44,232 nucleotides of DNA, taken from assembly GCA_016839765.1 (NCBI GenBank), contig JAEOTP010000029.1:1-44232 (forward strand), given 5' to 3'. The stretch comes from Promethearchaeota archaeon. GTDB lineage: Archaea > Asgardarchaeota > Lokiarchaeia > Sigyniarchaeales > SOKP01. Positions 19,161-28,490 of this stretch are shown piece by piece. Positions within the stretch are counted from its first letter, which is position 1. Every line of letters begins with the position of its first letter. The notes under the pieces are model-generated. The model was not told where the DNA came from. It ran no database searches and saw only the letters and a list, made by a program, of their open reading frames with translations. Both the position numbers and the translations under genes were made by a program.

Positions 19161-19565
19161 ATGATATTATTTAAAGATTTTAAGATAAAGACTCCAAAAA
19201 GGGAAGTATTGGTAAATATTACAAGTGAAGTGAGCAAAATTGTACGTGAATCTGGTGCAAAGGAAGGTGTGTGTCGAATATTTGTACCTCATACGACAGC
19301 AGGAATTACTATTAATGAAAATGCGGATCCCGCAGTAATGAGAGATATTATAAATTTTTTAGGAAGTTTGATTCCACAACGCGCCAGATTCGCTCATATG
19401 GAAGGAAATTCAGATGCTCATATAAAGTCGAGTTTAACAGGACCTTCCCTGGATGTAATAATACATAATAGAAGCTTAGTTCTGGGTACTTGGCAAGGAT
19501 TGATGTTTGCCGAATATGATGGACCTCGAAACCGAAGAGTTATTGTACAAATTCAAGGAGAATAG
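19161..19565 (+). CDS. yjbQ: YjbQ/UPF0047 family protein
   Basis: PHTTAGITINENAD, H.EGNSDAHIKS, LGTWQG, EYDGPR. Confidence 0.95.
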   Translation: MILFKDFKIKTPKREVLVNITSEVSKIVRESGAKEGVCRIFVPHTTAGITINENADPAVMRDIINFLGSLIPQRARFAHMEGNSDAHIKSSLTGPSLDVIIHNRSLVLGTWQGLMFAEYDGPRNRRVIVQIQGE

Positions 19566-19596
19566 ATTAATTAATATAATTAAAAAAGGGGAGTAT

Positions 19597-20013
19597 TTAC
19601 TTTGGTCTACCTATAAAACAAATTACTCCCCCAATAGTAATAAGTAATGCTTCTATGGATATTCCTAAAAACAGGTTACTTTCAGGCCAACTAAGGCCCC
19701 AGAGAGTAAAATAGGAATATTGCCACGTCTCAAGAACAGCATAATTTGTACTCCAATAAATTATTCCTAATATGATGGATAATAACCCAGCAGCTAGAAG
19801 GATTGGTCCGCTTGGTTTTTTTGACAGGAATCCTAAGATACCCCCTACTATTGCAAGGATTGCAACCATTAAATTCCAAATCCATCCTGAAATATGAGCA
19901 AGGCTCCCCAAGCTTGGAGAAAATACTACTCGAGAATACCAAATCGCATAAAATAATATAAACACTCCCGCAACAAATCCAATAATTCCTCCAATAATTT
20001 TACCTAAACTCAA
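19597..20013 (-). CDS. Hypothetical four-TM membrane protein
   Basis: Gly-rich TM helices. TTG 20013 behind GGGTGA preferred over the track start 20070. Confidence 0.75.
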   Translation of the reverse strand: MSLGKIIGGIIGFVAGVFILFYAIWYSRVVFSPSLGSLAHISGWIWNLMVAILAIVGGILGFLSKKPSGPILLAAGLLSIILGIIYWSTNYAVLETWQYSYFTLWGLSWPESNLFLGISIEALLITIGGVICFIGRPK

Positions 20014-20114
20014 TTTTTTCACCCACTTAATAGATTTTAAAATAATCTTTAATGAAAATATGTGCTCCATCTATATAAAGGTATAAAAAATGAGGATCTC
20101 AATTTAGTCTATTT

Positions 20115-21509
20115 TTAGATTTTGTGAAAATAGTATCGATCAAAAGTAAAATGAACTTCCTGTATGGTCTCTTCTACAAAAAATTGAACTTTTATTTTTC
20201 TATTTGGATACACAATAGGTACATAAAATTTTAACTCATTAATATCTTCAGGAACAAGCGGTAATTTCATGGGTATAAAGAAGTCTAAAGATTCTTTAAT
20301 TTCAGCATAAAGAATGTCATTGTCGAATGAAATAATTATGTTCTCAAGGTTCTTGTAAGTTGAGTATTTCCCTGTCAATGACTTCAATTTCTTGTCTATT
20401 TTTAGAGCAGGAGTTGTTTTACTAATTTCTATTCCTAATAGGAATCCAAGAATTAGATGAGCTAAAGAACTTAATACAATTGATGCATTACAATTTGCTC
20501 CAAGTATAACTCCCATTTTTTCTTCTGGAAGTAGTGCTAAAAAGGCAGTAGAAGATCCTACATCTCCGCCATGATGAATTAATCTATGTCCGAAAAAATC
20601 CTTTTCTATTACCCAACCAAGACCATACCATGCATCTTTACCACCAAGAGTTTCTTCTGGTATTTTTATATAAGGAGTCCACATTTGCTCTAATAATGAT
20701 TGTTGAATAATCCTCGAGTTATTAAACAAACCCCCATTAATCAAGGTAATTATATAATTTTGCATTTCTCTTGCTGAGCTTACCAATCCTCCGGGAGCAT
20801 AAACAATCTTATCAAATGGATGAGAAGTTTCTTTATATAGTTTTTTTTCTTCAGAAGGAATATAACCTGTTAATACATCATTATCTTTTTCAAAATCCTC
20901 CTTTAAGTAAATAGATCTATCCATATTTAGAGGTTCAAGTATATTTTTTTTTATATATGCTTCAAATTTCATGTTCGTTAATTTTTCAATAATAAGACCA
21001 ACACAAGTAAACATATCATTATTATAGAAGAAATTTTTATCAGGTACATCAAAAACTTCTGTAATTGCATTATTAATATGGAGAAAGAAATCATTCCAGC
21101 TACTCATAGGAATGGTGACATCAAAATTTCCAAGTTGGCGTACTAGTGCCACCACATTAGCGCTTAATTCAGGAATACCTGAGGAATGTGATAATAAATG
21201 ACAAATTTTTATTGGATTTTTATTATCTCCTAACTTAAAATTAAGATATTTACTCACAGGATCTTGAAGGTTAATTTTCCCTTCTTGTATAAGTTGTAAT
21301 AAAGCTAGAGCGGTAAATGACTTCGATATAGAGCCAATTCCAAATAAAGTATTTTCTGTAAATGGAAGATTCTTTTCTACATTTCTTGCTCCAAATCCTT
21401 TAGCATATATGGGTTTTCCATGCTCAACAATTCCAATTGAAAGTCCGGGAATTTTAAATTCTCCCATTAGATCTACTACTTTCTGTTCAATTTCTTCAAA
21501 TCTTTCCAT
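20115..21509 (-). CDS. Serine hydrolase, class C beta-lactamase/CubicO peptidase-like, with C-terminal extra domain
   Basis: F.IGSISK (SxxK), LLSHSSG, YNN (YxN), HGG. Confidence 0.92.
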   Translation of the reverse strand: MERFEEIEQKVVDLMGEFKIPGLSIGIVEHGKPIYAKGFGARNVEKNLPFTENTLFGIGSISKSFTALALLQLIQEGKINLQDPVSKYLNFKLGDNKNPIKICHLLSHSSGIPELSANVVALVRQLGNFDVTIPMSSWNDFFLHINNAITEVFDVPDKNFFYNNDMFTCVGLIIEKLTNMKFEAYIKKNILEPLNMDRSIYLKEDFEKDNDVLTGYIPSEEKKLYKETSHPFDKIVYAPGGLVSSAREMQNYIITLINGGLFNNSRIIQQSLLEQMWTPYIKIPEETLGGKDAWYGLGWVIEKDFFGHRLIHHGGDVGSSTAFLALLPEEKMGVILGANCNASIVLSSLAHLILGFLLGIEISKTTPALKIDKKLKSLTGKYSTYKNLENIIISFDNDILYAEIKESLDFFIPMKLPLVPEDINELKFYVPIVYPNRKIKVQFFVEETIQEVHFTFDRYYFHKI

Positions 21510-21666
21510 TTTCTTTTTAACCTTTTTTTCTTAAAAATAATTGGATTATGTAATCCTTTAAATAACATTTTCTTTTATACTTTATTTTCCAATGATATAA
21601 TGAATCTTTTTATCTGATTATACTAAATAATAATTACTATAAATTTCCTAAAAAGTTCATATAATA

Positions 21667-22578
21667 ATGCTCGATAAAGAATTATTAGAGTTTTTGGAGA
21701 GATTTTTTTCCACCAGTAATTTAAATAAACTCCATAAAACATATGGAGGAGGAAGAATTTTTTTATCTCCGATAGTAGGAGTTGCCAGTGGTAATGATCC
21801 GATATTCAAAAAATTTAAAGAAGTAGTTGGTCCTGAACATTTAACTCCGATTGAAATGTGGTTAGCTTCGGGACAAGATAGTATATCACCATCAAAATTG
21901 CGAATAGTATCTATAGTTCTTCCATTTAGTGATGAAATTCGAAAAGGAAGTAGAAATGCTATACAACTCTCACGGATAAAATTACCTGCTGAAATTTATT
22001 CGCTTGGTCGAAATTATGCGAATGCTTTTAAAGCTGAAACATTAAGACAATTAATAAAATTTTTTAAAAAAAGGGGATATAAAGCGGTTGCTGGAATGTT
22101 AAGTGAATCCTTTAGTATTATTGCAAAGGGGGGATTTCATTCAACATGGTCTGAACGACATATAGCGTTTGCCGCTGGATTGGGAACCTTTAGTTTACAT
22201 GAAGCATTGATAACTGATCTTGGCTGTAATATCCGACTTGCTTCAATTATAACAAATGCTCCTTTTAAGGTAAGTAGTAGAAAGACGGATGATCCATATA
22301 AAAATTGTCTGTTCTACGGTAAAGGAATTTGTAGAGAGTGCGAAAAAAGATGTCCAGGTAAAGCCATAGATAAGAATGGACATGATAAGTTGAAATGTTA
22401 TGAATACGGCCAAAAAATTGCAAGAAAAATGATTCAAAGAATTGGACCAATCTTAAAACCTCACAAAAGAAGAGTAAATGGAAAATTACGACCTGAAGTT
22501 TATCCTGTTGGTTGTGCTTTTTGCCAGTTTGATGTTCCTTGTATGGATAAAAATCCAATGGCTAATGAATACCAGTAG
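21667..22578 (+). CDS. QueG/reductive-dehalogenase-like Fe-S (possibly cobalamin) protein
   Basis: WSERHIAFAAGLG, G..IRLASIITN, C-x7-CRECEKRCP, CAFCQFDVPC. Confidence 0.8.
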   Translation: MLDKELLEFLERFFSTSNLNKLHKTYGGGRIFLSPIVGVASGNDPIFKKFKEVVGPEHLTPIEMWLASGQDSISPSKLRIVSIVLPFSDEIRKGSRNAIQLSRIKLPAEIYSLGRNYANAFKAETLRQLIKFFKKRGYKAVAGMLSESFSIIAKGGFHSTWSERHIAFAAGLGTFSLHEALITDLGCNIRLASIITNAPFKVSSRKTDDPYKNCLFYGKGICRECEKRCPGKAIDKNGHDKLKCYEYGQKIARKMIQRIGPILKPHKRRVNGKLRPEVYPVGCAFCQFDVPCMDKNPMANEYQ

Positions 22579-22640
22579 TAATTTTCTTAAACTATTTTAA
22601 ATAGTGTTTTATTAACAGTTAAAAAATTCGGTGTATTAAA

Positions 22641-23507
22641 ATAGAAGAGTTAAAATTTAAGATTTTTGATGCTCACATCCATACTTTTGGGACATTTTTA
22701 GATAAGAATGAAGATTTAATTAGTTATATGGATAAACACAATGTTGAAAAAGCTGTTTTGACAACAATAAACAGAGCAGTAAGTTCTAAAATCTATTCTA
22801 ATGAAAATGAAGAGGCGAGTAGAACGAATAATGAAGATAATAAATTGTCAAAAGCGTTTGAACGTATGAAAAATACTATGTCAAAAGATCAATTAGATCA
22901 TCAAGATGTTATAGATATTGCAAAAAGAGCCCCGAAAAGATTCTATAAATTCTTCTGGTTTAATCCTAATATGCCTCCCGAAGAGGAAGATAAGAGTTAT
23001 AAAATTTTAGAAACTCATTTTAAAAAAGGCTTCTGTGGAGTAAAAATTCACTCCGGCATTCATCTAATAAAAATTCCTAGGGATATATTAAAATTAGTGG
23101 ATTTTATGCAGAATTATAATCAAAACTTTCCCCTATTTATCCATTTCACTCCAAAGTTCGCCATTTTTAGCGGAATTAGTAGCAATGATATAGCAAAACT
23201 TGCATCAAAATATCCAAATCTTAAAATCATTGTTGGACATGCAGCTTTAGCAATGGAATTAGCTGTTGATTTATCATTAAGCTTGAAAAAATATAAAAAT
23301 ATTTTATTTGAGACTTCTTGTTCAATCCCGTATGGCATTCTAAATCTAATTAGAAATGTTGGGAGTAAAAGAATTCTTTTTGGCTCTGATGCTCCTGTAA
23401 CGAATCCATTACAACTCGAGATTTCTAAAATTTTATGCTTACCAATCAATGATGAAGAAAAACAAGATATTTTTTATAATAATGCTTTTTCATTATTTGG
23501 ACACTAA
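22641..23507 (+). CDS. Amidohydrolase-2 family metal-dependent hydrolase
   Basis: GVKIH, FIH, IVGH, ETS, FGSDAP. The metal-binding DAHIH lies in frame upstream of the track ATG (22728). Proposed start is ATA 22641 behind GGTG. Confidence 0.9.
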   Translation: MEELKFKIFDAHIHTFGTFLDKNEDLISYMDKHNVEKAVLTTINRAVSSKIYSNENEEASRTNNEDNKLSKAFERMKNTMSKDQLDHQDVIDIAKRAPKRFYKFFWFNPNMPPEEEDKSYKILETHFKKGFCGVKIHSGIHLIKIPRDILKLVDFMQNYNQNFPLFIHFTPKFAIFSGISSNDIAKLASKYPNLKIIVGHAALAMELAVDLSLSLKKYKNILFETSCSIPYGILNLIRNVGSKRILFGSDAPVTNPLQLEISKILCLPINDEEKQDIFYNNAFSLFGH

Positions 23508-23751
23508 GATTTTTTAAATCTAGATTATCATGATCCTCCTTGAATTTTTTTAAAATTAATCGTTTCTTACTCTAATTTTTCTTATAGATTAATGTATTAT
23601 TAAATGTAGAAATTCAAAAAATTTACAAATTAAAATTTTTTGTAAACTAGTTAATTATTTTCATTTTAATAATAAATTAATTAAATAAGATCACGTAAAT
23701 TTTAATATAATCAAGTTAAAAATTTTAATTAAAGATACAGTAGATTAATTA

Positions 23752-24291
23752 ATGGATAATAAAAATTACACGGAAGATAATAACTGGGATTTAATAGAAG
23801 TCTCAAAGGTTAACGACAAAATTATTAAAAAGCTTTTAAATTATCTTAAGTATGATATTTCGGAAAATTTTTTCATATCCTTTGAAAGTCTACTAAAATT
23901 AGGAAATAAAATTCCCGAATACACAATTGAAAGTATCATAAAAGAATTGGACCAAACCCATAATTTTAAAAAGGAATTATTTCAATTCATATTAAATTTT
24001 ACAAAAAATGGAATTATTGAGTATCATCTATTACCTCAATTGTATAATCCTGATTTTATTATACGTGCTCGTGCCGTTATGAAAATTAAAGAAAATAATG
24101 ATATTAAATACATTAAGTTTTTATTGCCCCTATTAGAAGATCCAGATGATTCAGTTCGTTGGAGTATAATAAGGTATCTCGCCAATTTTAGAGATAATCC
24201 TATTATTTTGAATGAATTAAAAAATCATTTAGATAAAGAGCTAAATCCAATTATTTATAAAAACTTAAAAGAAATTTATTTGGGAGAATAA
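23752..24291 (+). CDS. HEAT-repeat protein
   Basis: LYNPDFIIRARAV and LLPLLEDPDDSVRWSII PBS/HEAT-like units. Confidence 0.8.
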   Translation: MDNKNYTEDNNWDLIEVSKVNDKIIKKLLNYLKYDISENFFISFESLLKLGNKIPEYTIESIIKELDQTHNFKKELFQFILNFTKNGIIEYHLLPQLYNPDFIIRARAVMKIKENNDIKYIKFLLPLLEDPDDSVRWSIIRYLANFRDNPIILNELKNHLDKELNPIIYKNLKEIYLGE

Positions 24292-24550
24292 TCTCATTTT
24301 ACTTATTTCTTCTAATTTATTCAACTGGAAAGGTTTATTTTTTAGTAGTTGAGAATATCGCTAACTTATTATGAAAAGTAAAGAATTAAAAAAGACAATT
24401 TTAATTATAATAATAAGCTAATATCAAAGAATTATCAATAGATATATTAAGCACTATTTCAAAGACATAGCACAAATGAAGAATAAAGCACTAAAATCAA
24501 AAAGTTAATTTGGTTGAGGATATAAATCATTTTTAAAAAGGTGTTATAAT

Positions 24551-25078
24551 ATTCCAACATATGATTATACATTTAAAATTCTTTTATTGGGAGACGCATC
24601 TGTAGGGAAAACTTCATTTACTAAAAGGTATTGTTATAATATTTTCAACCCCTCAGAGCGATTAACAATTGGAGTTGATTTTCATGTTAGAACTATAGAA
24701 CTCCATGGAAAAAAAGTTAAATTGCAGATTTGGGATGTCGGTGGAGAGGAAAGGTTTAGATTTTTACTCCCAACATACTGTTTGGGAGCAAATGCTGCTT
24801 TTCTTCTCTATGATATCACTCGCCCTCCGACTTTAGATAATATACCCGAGTGGGTAAGTATAGTTAGGCAAAAAGCTGGCGGAATTCCTATAGTACTAGT
24901 TGGATCAAAGATAGATTTAAATACTCAACGTAAGATTGCAAGAGATTTTGGTATTCAAATATCTGAAAGAAATAATTTCTCTGGATTTGGAGAAATTTCA
25001 AGCAAAACTGGACAAAATGTCAATAAAACATTTGAAGTACTTACAGAATTGACGCTAGAAAAGATGGAAAATAGGTGA
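24551..25078 (+). CDS. Rab-like small GTPase (Ras superfamily)
   Basis: G1 GDASVGKT, TIGVDF, KLQIWDVGGEERF, LLYDIT, GSKID, EISSKTG. The beta-1 strand YDYTFKILLL is upstream of the track start (24587). Proposed start is ATT 24551 behind AGGTG. Confidence 0.95.
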   Translation: MPTYDYTFKILLLGDASVGKTSFTKRYCYNIFNPSERLTIGVDFHVRTIELHGKKVKLQIWDVGGEERFRFLLPTYCLGANAAFLLYDITRPPTLDNIPEWVSIVRQKAGGIPIVLVGSKIDLNTQRKIARDFGIQISERNNFSGFGEISSKTGQNVNKTFEVLTELTLEKMENR

Positions 25079-25082
25079 TCTT

Positions 25083-26045
25083 ATGGAAGGAAGCGAGCTT
25101 TTACCTCTCAGTTCTTTATTTGATGCTATTGGTGTTATCGAAAAAGGCATTGAGAAAATATATCATTATTTATTAAAAAATGTTAGAATCGATAATTTAA
25201 AAGATGTATCTTCTCATTTTGGTCTCACCTTAAAAAGAGGTTATAAAATTTGCTCAGTATTAAATGATTTAGAGCTTGTCCAAATATATGATCGCCCAAT
25301 GAAAATTCACTTGGCTACACCTGTAATTCCAATATGGCAAAAAATTATTAATAATCGAATAGAAGAATTATCGCAAGAATTTCAAGAAAAAAAGGAAAAA
25401 GCGGAATTTGCATTAGATGATTTTTTAAAATCGTATAAACTTACCGATCAAATTAGCCAAGAATTTGTAGAATTCATAAAGTATGATTTAAATAATATTT
25501 ATGAAACTTATTATGGCTTTACAGCTAGAAATGAATGTAGAATTGCAATTGGTATAAGATATGACAATGAATTAATGACTATGATTAAACAACAAGGACC
25601 AACTTACGTACCAGGAGATTTAAAAGATACGATGAAGAATGGAATGATCAAAATTAAAGATAATGTAAAAAACTTAGATATTAAAGTCATTTTTAATGCA
25701 GAATTAGTGAAAGACCTATTAATAAGCGAAGATTTCAAAGTTTTATCTAACCACCTTAATCAATATGATTTAGAATTTAAAAGTATTGATGTTCACGTTA
25801 CTTATGATGATTTTAGTAACTTTGGTCTTACTGATGATGAATTAGTTCAACCTAGTTTTGATCCTACAAATAAATTAATTGGGGCATATATCTCAAGGAA
25901 TAGTAGTATTTACAAGATTTTTCATGAAAAATTTAACGAATTGTATGAAAAAGGGATACCAGTTAATAACTTTATAAACGAAAATAAGGATTTAGGCATT
26001 GAACCAATTAACGCAATGCAATACTTTGTTTTGTGTCTTTTATAA
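25083..26045 (+). CDS. TrmB-like protein (N-terminal wHTH, coiled coil, PLD-like effector domain)
   Basis: EKIYHYLL...KRGYKICSVLNDLELVQ...P wHTH pattern, a coiled coil, and a C-terminal F..KFNELYEKG pattern. Its SD (AGGTGA) overlaps the GTPase stop. Confidence 0.6.
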   Translation: MEGSELLPLSSLFDAIGVIEKGIEKIYHYLLKNVRIDNLKDVSSHFGLTLKRGYKICSVLNDLELVQIYDRPMKIHLATPVIPIWQKIINNRIEELSQEFQEKKEKAEFALDDFLKSYKLTDQISQEFVEFIKYDLNNIYETYYGFTARNECRIAIGIRYDNELMTMIKQQGPTYVPGDLKDTMKNGMIKIKDNVKNLDIKVIFNAELVKDLLISEDFKVLSNHLNQYDLEFKSIDVHVTYDDFSNFGLTDDELVQPSFDPTNKLIGAYISRNSSIYKIFHEKFNELYEKGIPVNNFINENKDLGIEPINAMQYFVLCLL

Positions 26046-26100
26046 AAAATTGGTTAATTAAAATAAAAAAAAGAATATAAAATAATTTAAATTAGCAGTT

Positions 26101-27633
26101 TTATTCTTGATTTCTCTTTCTTAACATTGCTTCTCTGAATTTTTCAAGTTGTTTTCTAGGGGTTACTGTAGGGCGTTCATACCGTTTTAGTTTTTTCTTT
26201 ATTCCAAATAGATATTTTGCTATATCTTTTAGTTTTTCTATGTCATAACGCATCATCATTGTTATTGTTTCCATTTGTGGTGATCCTCCTCCGTGTAACC
26301 CAGCTACCTGCATTACTCCTGCGAGATCTGATACTGCCATTCCCTCAATTCCTTTAAAACACCTCAATATATTCTCGGGTTTGACACGAGGATTTCTTTG
26401 TAAGTACTTCATAGCAAGCTCGCCAACTTCTTCGCTAAAAAAAGTTTCCTCGAAAGGCAATGTTGCAATTAATCCACCAGAAAGATCCGCTAATATTTTA
26501 TACTCCTCATAAATCATCTCTCCCGCAAGTCTTCTTCCAGCATTTGTTAAAATCTCATCTGGTACTTGGGTACCTGAGGGTGCCTTTTCGGAATGTTTTG
26601 CGCTTGATTCTCCAGCAGCAAACACGAGTTCAGCTGTACCTATAATATGAGATATTTTATCTCTTGCGTGAGAAGTGTTTTCAATGCCATTATATTCTGC
26701 CACTAATGCAGCAGCACTTGCAATTACTTCAGATACTGCTGGTTTGCAACCAGTATAGCTATGACGATGATAATGTGCAAACATAAGGGCTAAGAATCCA
26801 GCATAAGGAGTTTGCCTTGGATCACCATGACCATTCAAGAAAACTCGGTCATTTGGAACAAAAACGTCATCAAAAATAATAAATGTTTCACAATCTCCAA
26901 TTTCTAAAACAGGAGCTTCAGCAAATTTACTTTTTCTGAAATTTGCAGGGCGTGTAAGTAATTTTACGCCATCCCAATCTGTTGGTAAGGCGAAAGCTAC
27001 AGCATAATCTTTATCTTCTGGACCCATGTATCTACATGGAACAACAATCATCTCATCAGCGTAAGGAGTATTTGTAATATTAACCTTACATCCTCTAACT
27101 ACGATACCATGCTCTCGTGTTTCGATTACTCTCAAATATTGATCAGGATCCACTTGTTCATGTGGTCTTTTCAATCGATCTCCCTTAGCATCAGTTTGAG
27201 CACAACTTGCTACAAGGTCATTTTCTTGAAAATATTCCATATATTTATTAAATCTAATGTAGTGATCTGTTCCAAGTGCTTGGTCCATTTCGTATGTTAT
27301 TACTGAGAGTGCATTAAGTGAATCAATTCCCATGCATCTTTGGATACATCCACCACAGCGATGACAAAGTTGCCTGGTCATTAATTGTTTTTTTAATAAA
27401 TCATCTTCACTCTGATGGATATGACAAAATCGATTAATCTTCTTACCCGTTAAATGGCTTGTAGCAGTACAGATATCTTCCCACTCTGGTTCATGAGCTT
27501 TATCAAAAGTTTCTTTTATGATTCTCATTCCCCCTTTTAAACGAGGATCGTCGCGACCAACTTTTTCCTCACTGATGTAGACATTCGGTTTCATTTTATA
27601 TAATCTTTGGACATAATCTTCAAAAGTTTTCAT
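26101..27633 (-). CDS. 4-hydroxybutyryl-CoA dehydratase/HpaB-family flavin-[4Fe-4S] protein, divergent paralog
   Basis: CIQRC, TDAKGDR, HRHSYTGC, LHGGGSP. Confidence 0.9.
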   Translation of the reverse strand: MKTFEDYVQRLYKMKPNVYISEEKVGRDDPRLKGGMRIIKETFDKAHEPEWEDICTATSHLTGKKINRFCHIHQSEDDLLKKQLMTRQLCHRCGGCIQRCMGIDSLNALSVITYEMDQALGTDHYIRFNKYMEYFQENDLVASCAQTDAKGDRLKRPHEQVDPDQYLRVIETREHGIVVRGCKVNITNTPYADEMIVVPCRYMGPEDKDYAVAFALPTDWDGVKLLTRPANFRKSKFAEAPVLEIGDCETFIIFDDVFVPNDRVFLNGHGDPRQTPYAGFLALMFAHYHRHSYTGCKPAVSEVIASAAALVAEYNGIENTSHARDKISHIIGTAELVFAAGESSAKHSEKAPSGTQVPDEILTNAGRRLAGEMIYEEYKILADLSGGLIATLPFEETFFSEEVGELAMKYLQRNPRVKPENILRCFKGIEGMAVSDLAGVMQVAGLHGGGSPQMETITMMMRYDIEKLKDIAKYLFGIKKKLKRYERPTVTPRKQLEKFREAMLRKRNQE

Positions 27634-27803
27634 TTTAAAATCCTTCTAATTTATAAGTTTTGATAGGGATAATTTTTATCAATTAATAAATAAAACTCCT
27701 AATTTCTTTAACATTTGTTTTAGAAGTTATTTATTTAACTATTGAGTTAGGAAAAAAAAATAAAAAAATAATATATAATTAAATTTTGAATTTCTTATTG
27801 GGC

Positions 27804-28229
27804 CTAATCATATCTTTTATATGTAAAGAGTAACCAGATAAAGCCAGCCGTTCCGATTATAAATGCAACCAAGATTATATAATTGGGCCAAACTTCATAC
27901 CAATTAGTACCGGGCCATGATAGCATTACTGCTAGAGTTTGAACCGCCATAACACTTAAAACAACTAGACCCATTCCCATGGCATATTCCTCTTCACGAA
28001 ACATACCAATTCCAGAAACTATACACCAAAATCCTAGTATTGCTGAAACTAAGCCGGAAGGTCCAAAAATTGAAAGTGTTGCTACAACATAAGGATCTGA
28101 TAGATCAATTCCTAGACTAACTCCTGCCCATGCTAAGAGGTTGATCACACCCATCAAGACAAAAAGAGCACCGATGATTATCATTAAAATATTCAATAAC
28201 TCATTAGAATCTTTTTTTTTCTCGCTCAT
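27804..28229 (-). CDS. Hypothetical four-TM membrane protein (paralog of 9718..10152)
   Basis: Shares LLAWAG, LSIFG, LGFWCIVxGIGMFRE, WPNYI and GFIWLLFTxKRY. Confidence 0.9.
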   Translation of the reverse strand: MSEKKKDSNELLNILMIIIGALFVLMGVINLLAWAGVSLGIDLSDPYVVATLSIFGPSGLVSAILGFWCIVSGIGMFREEEYAMGMGLVVLSVMAVQTLAVMLSWPGTNWYEVWPNYIILVAFIIGTAGFIWLLFTYKRYD

Positions 28230-28490
28230 TTTTTTTCAACTTAGATACATTTAATTTTGTATTAAATGTTAATGAAAATAATAGAAACTCACTTATATAA
28301 ATTTTTAATATTAAAATTATATATTTAGTAACTTCTAAAACTGTTCAATTAATACTTGGTTTTTAAAATATACTAATATGATTTTAACTCGCTTAATAAA
28401 AAATAACATAATTGTTATTTAATTAAATTATATAAATGAGGAAGTTAATATTGTGTTAGTTTACTGAATATTATAAGAATTAAAAAAAAC

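Noticed and set aside
23622-23646. TTTACAAA-N9-TTTGTAAA inverted repeat upstream of the HEAT gene
   Set aside because: 8-bp arms in very AT-rich DNA are expected by chance.
24292-24550. Small ORFs in the 260-bp gap before the GTPase (16 aa from 24371; 10 aa from 24476)
   Set aside because: Too short, low complexity and without a convincing SD.
27639-27649. Second copy of the AATCCTTCTAA half-site
   Set aside because: It is a single half-site that coincides with the purine-rich SD region of the minus-strand gene, so probably coincidental.
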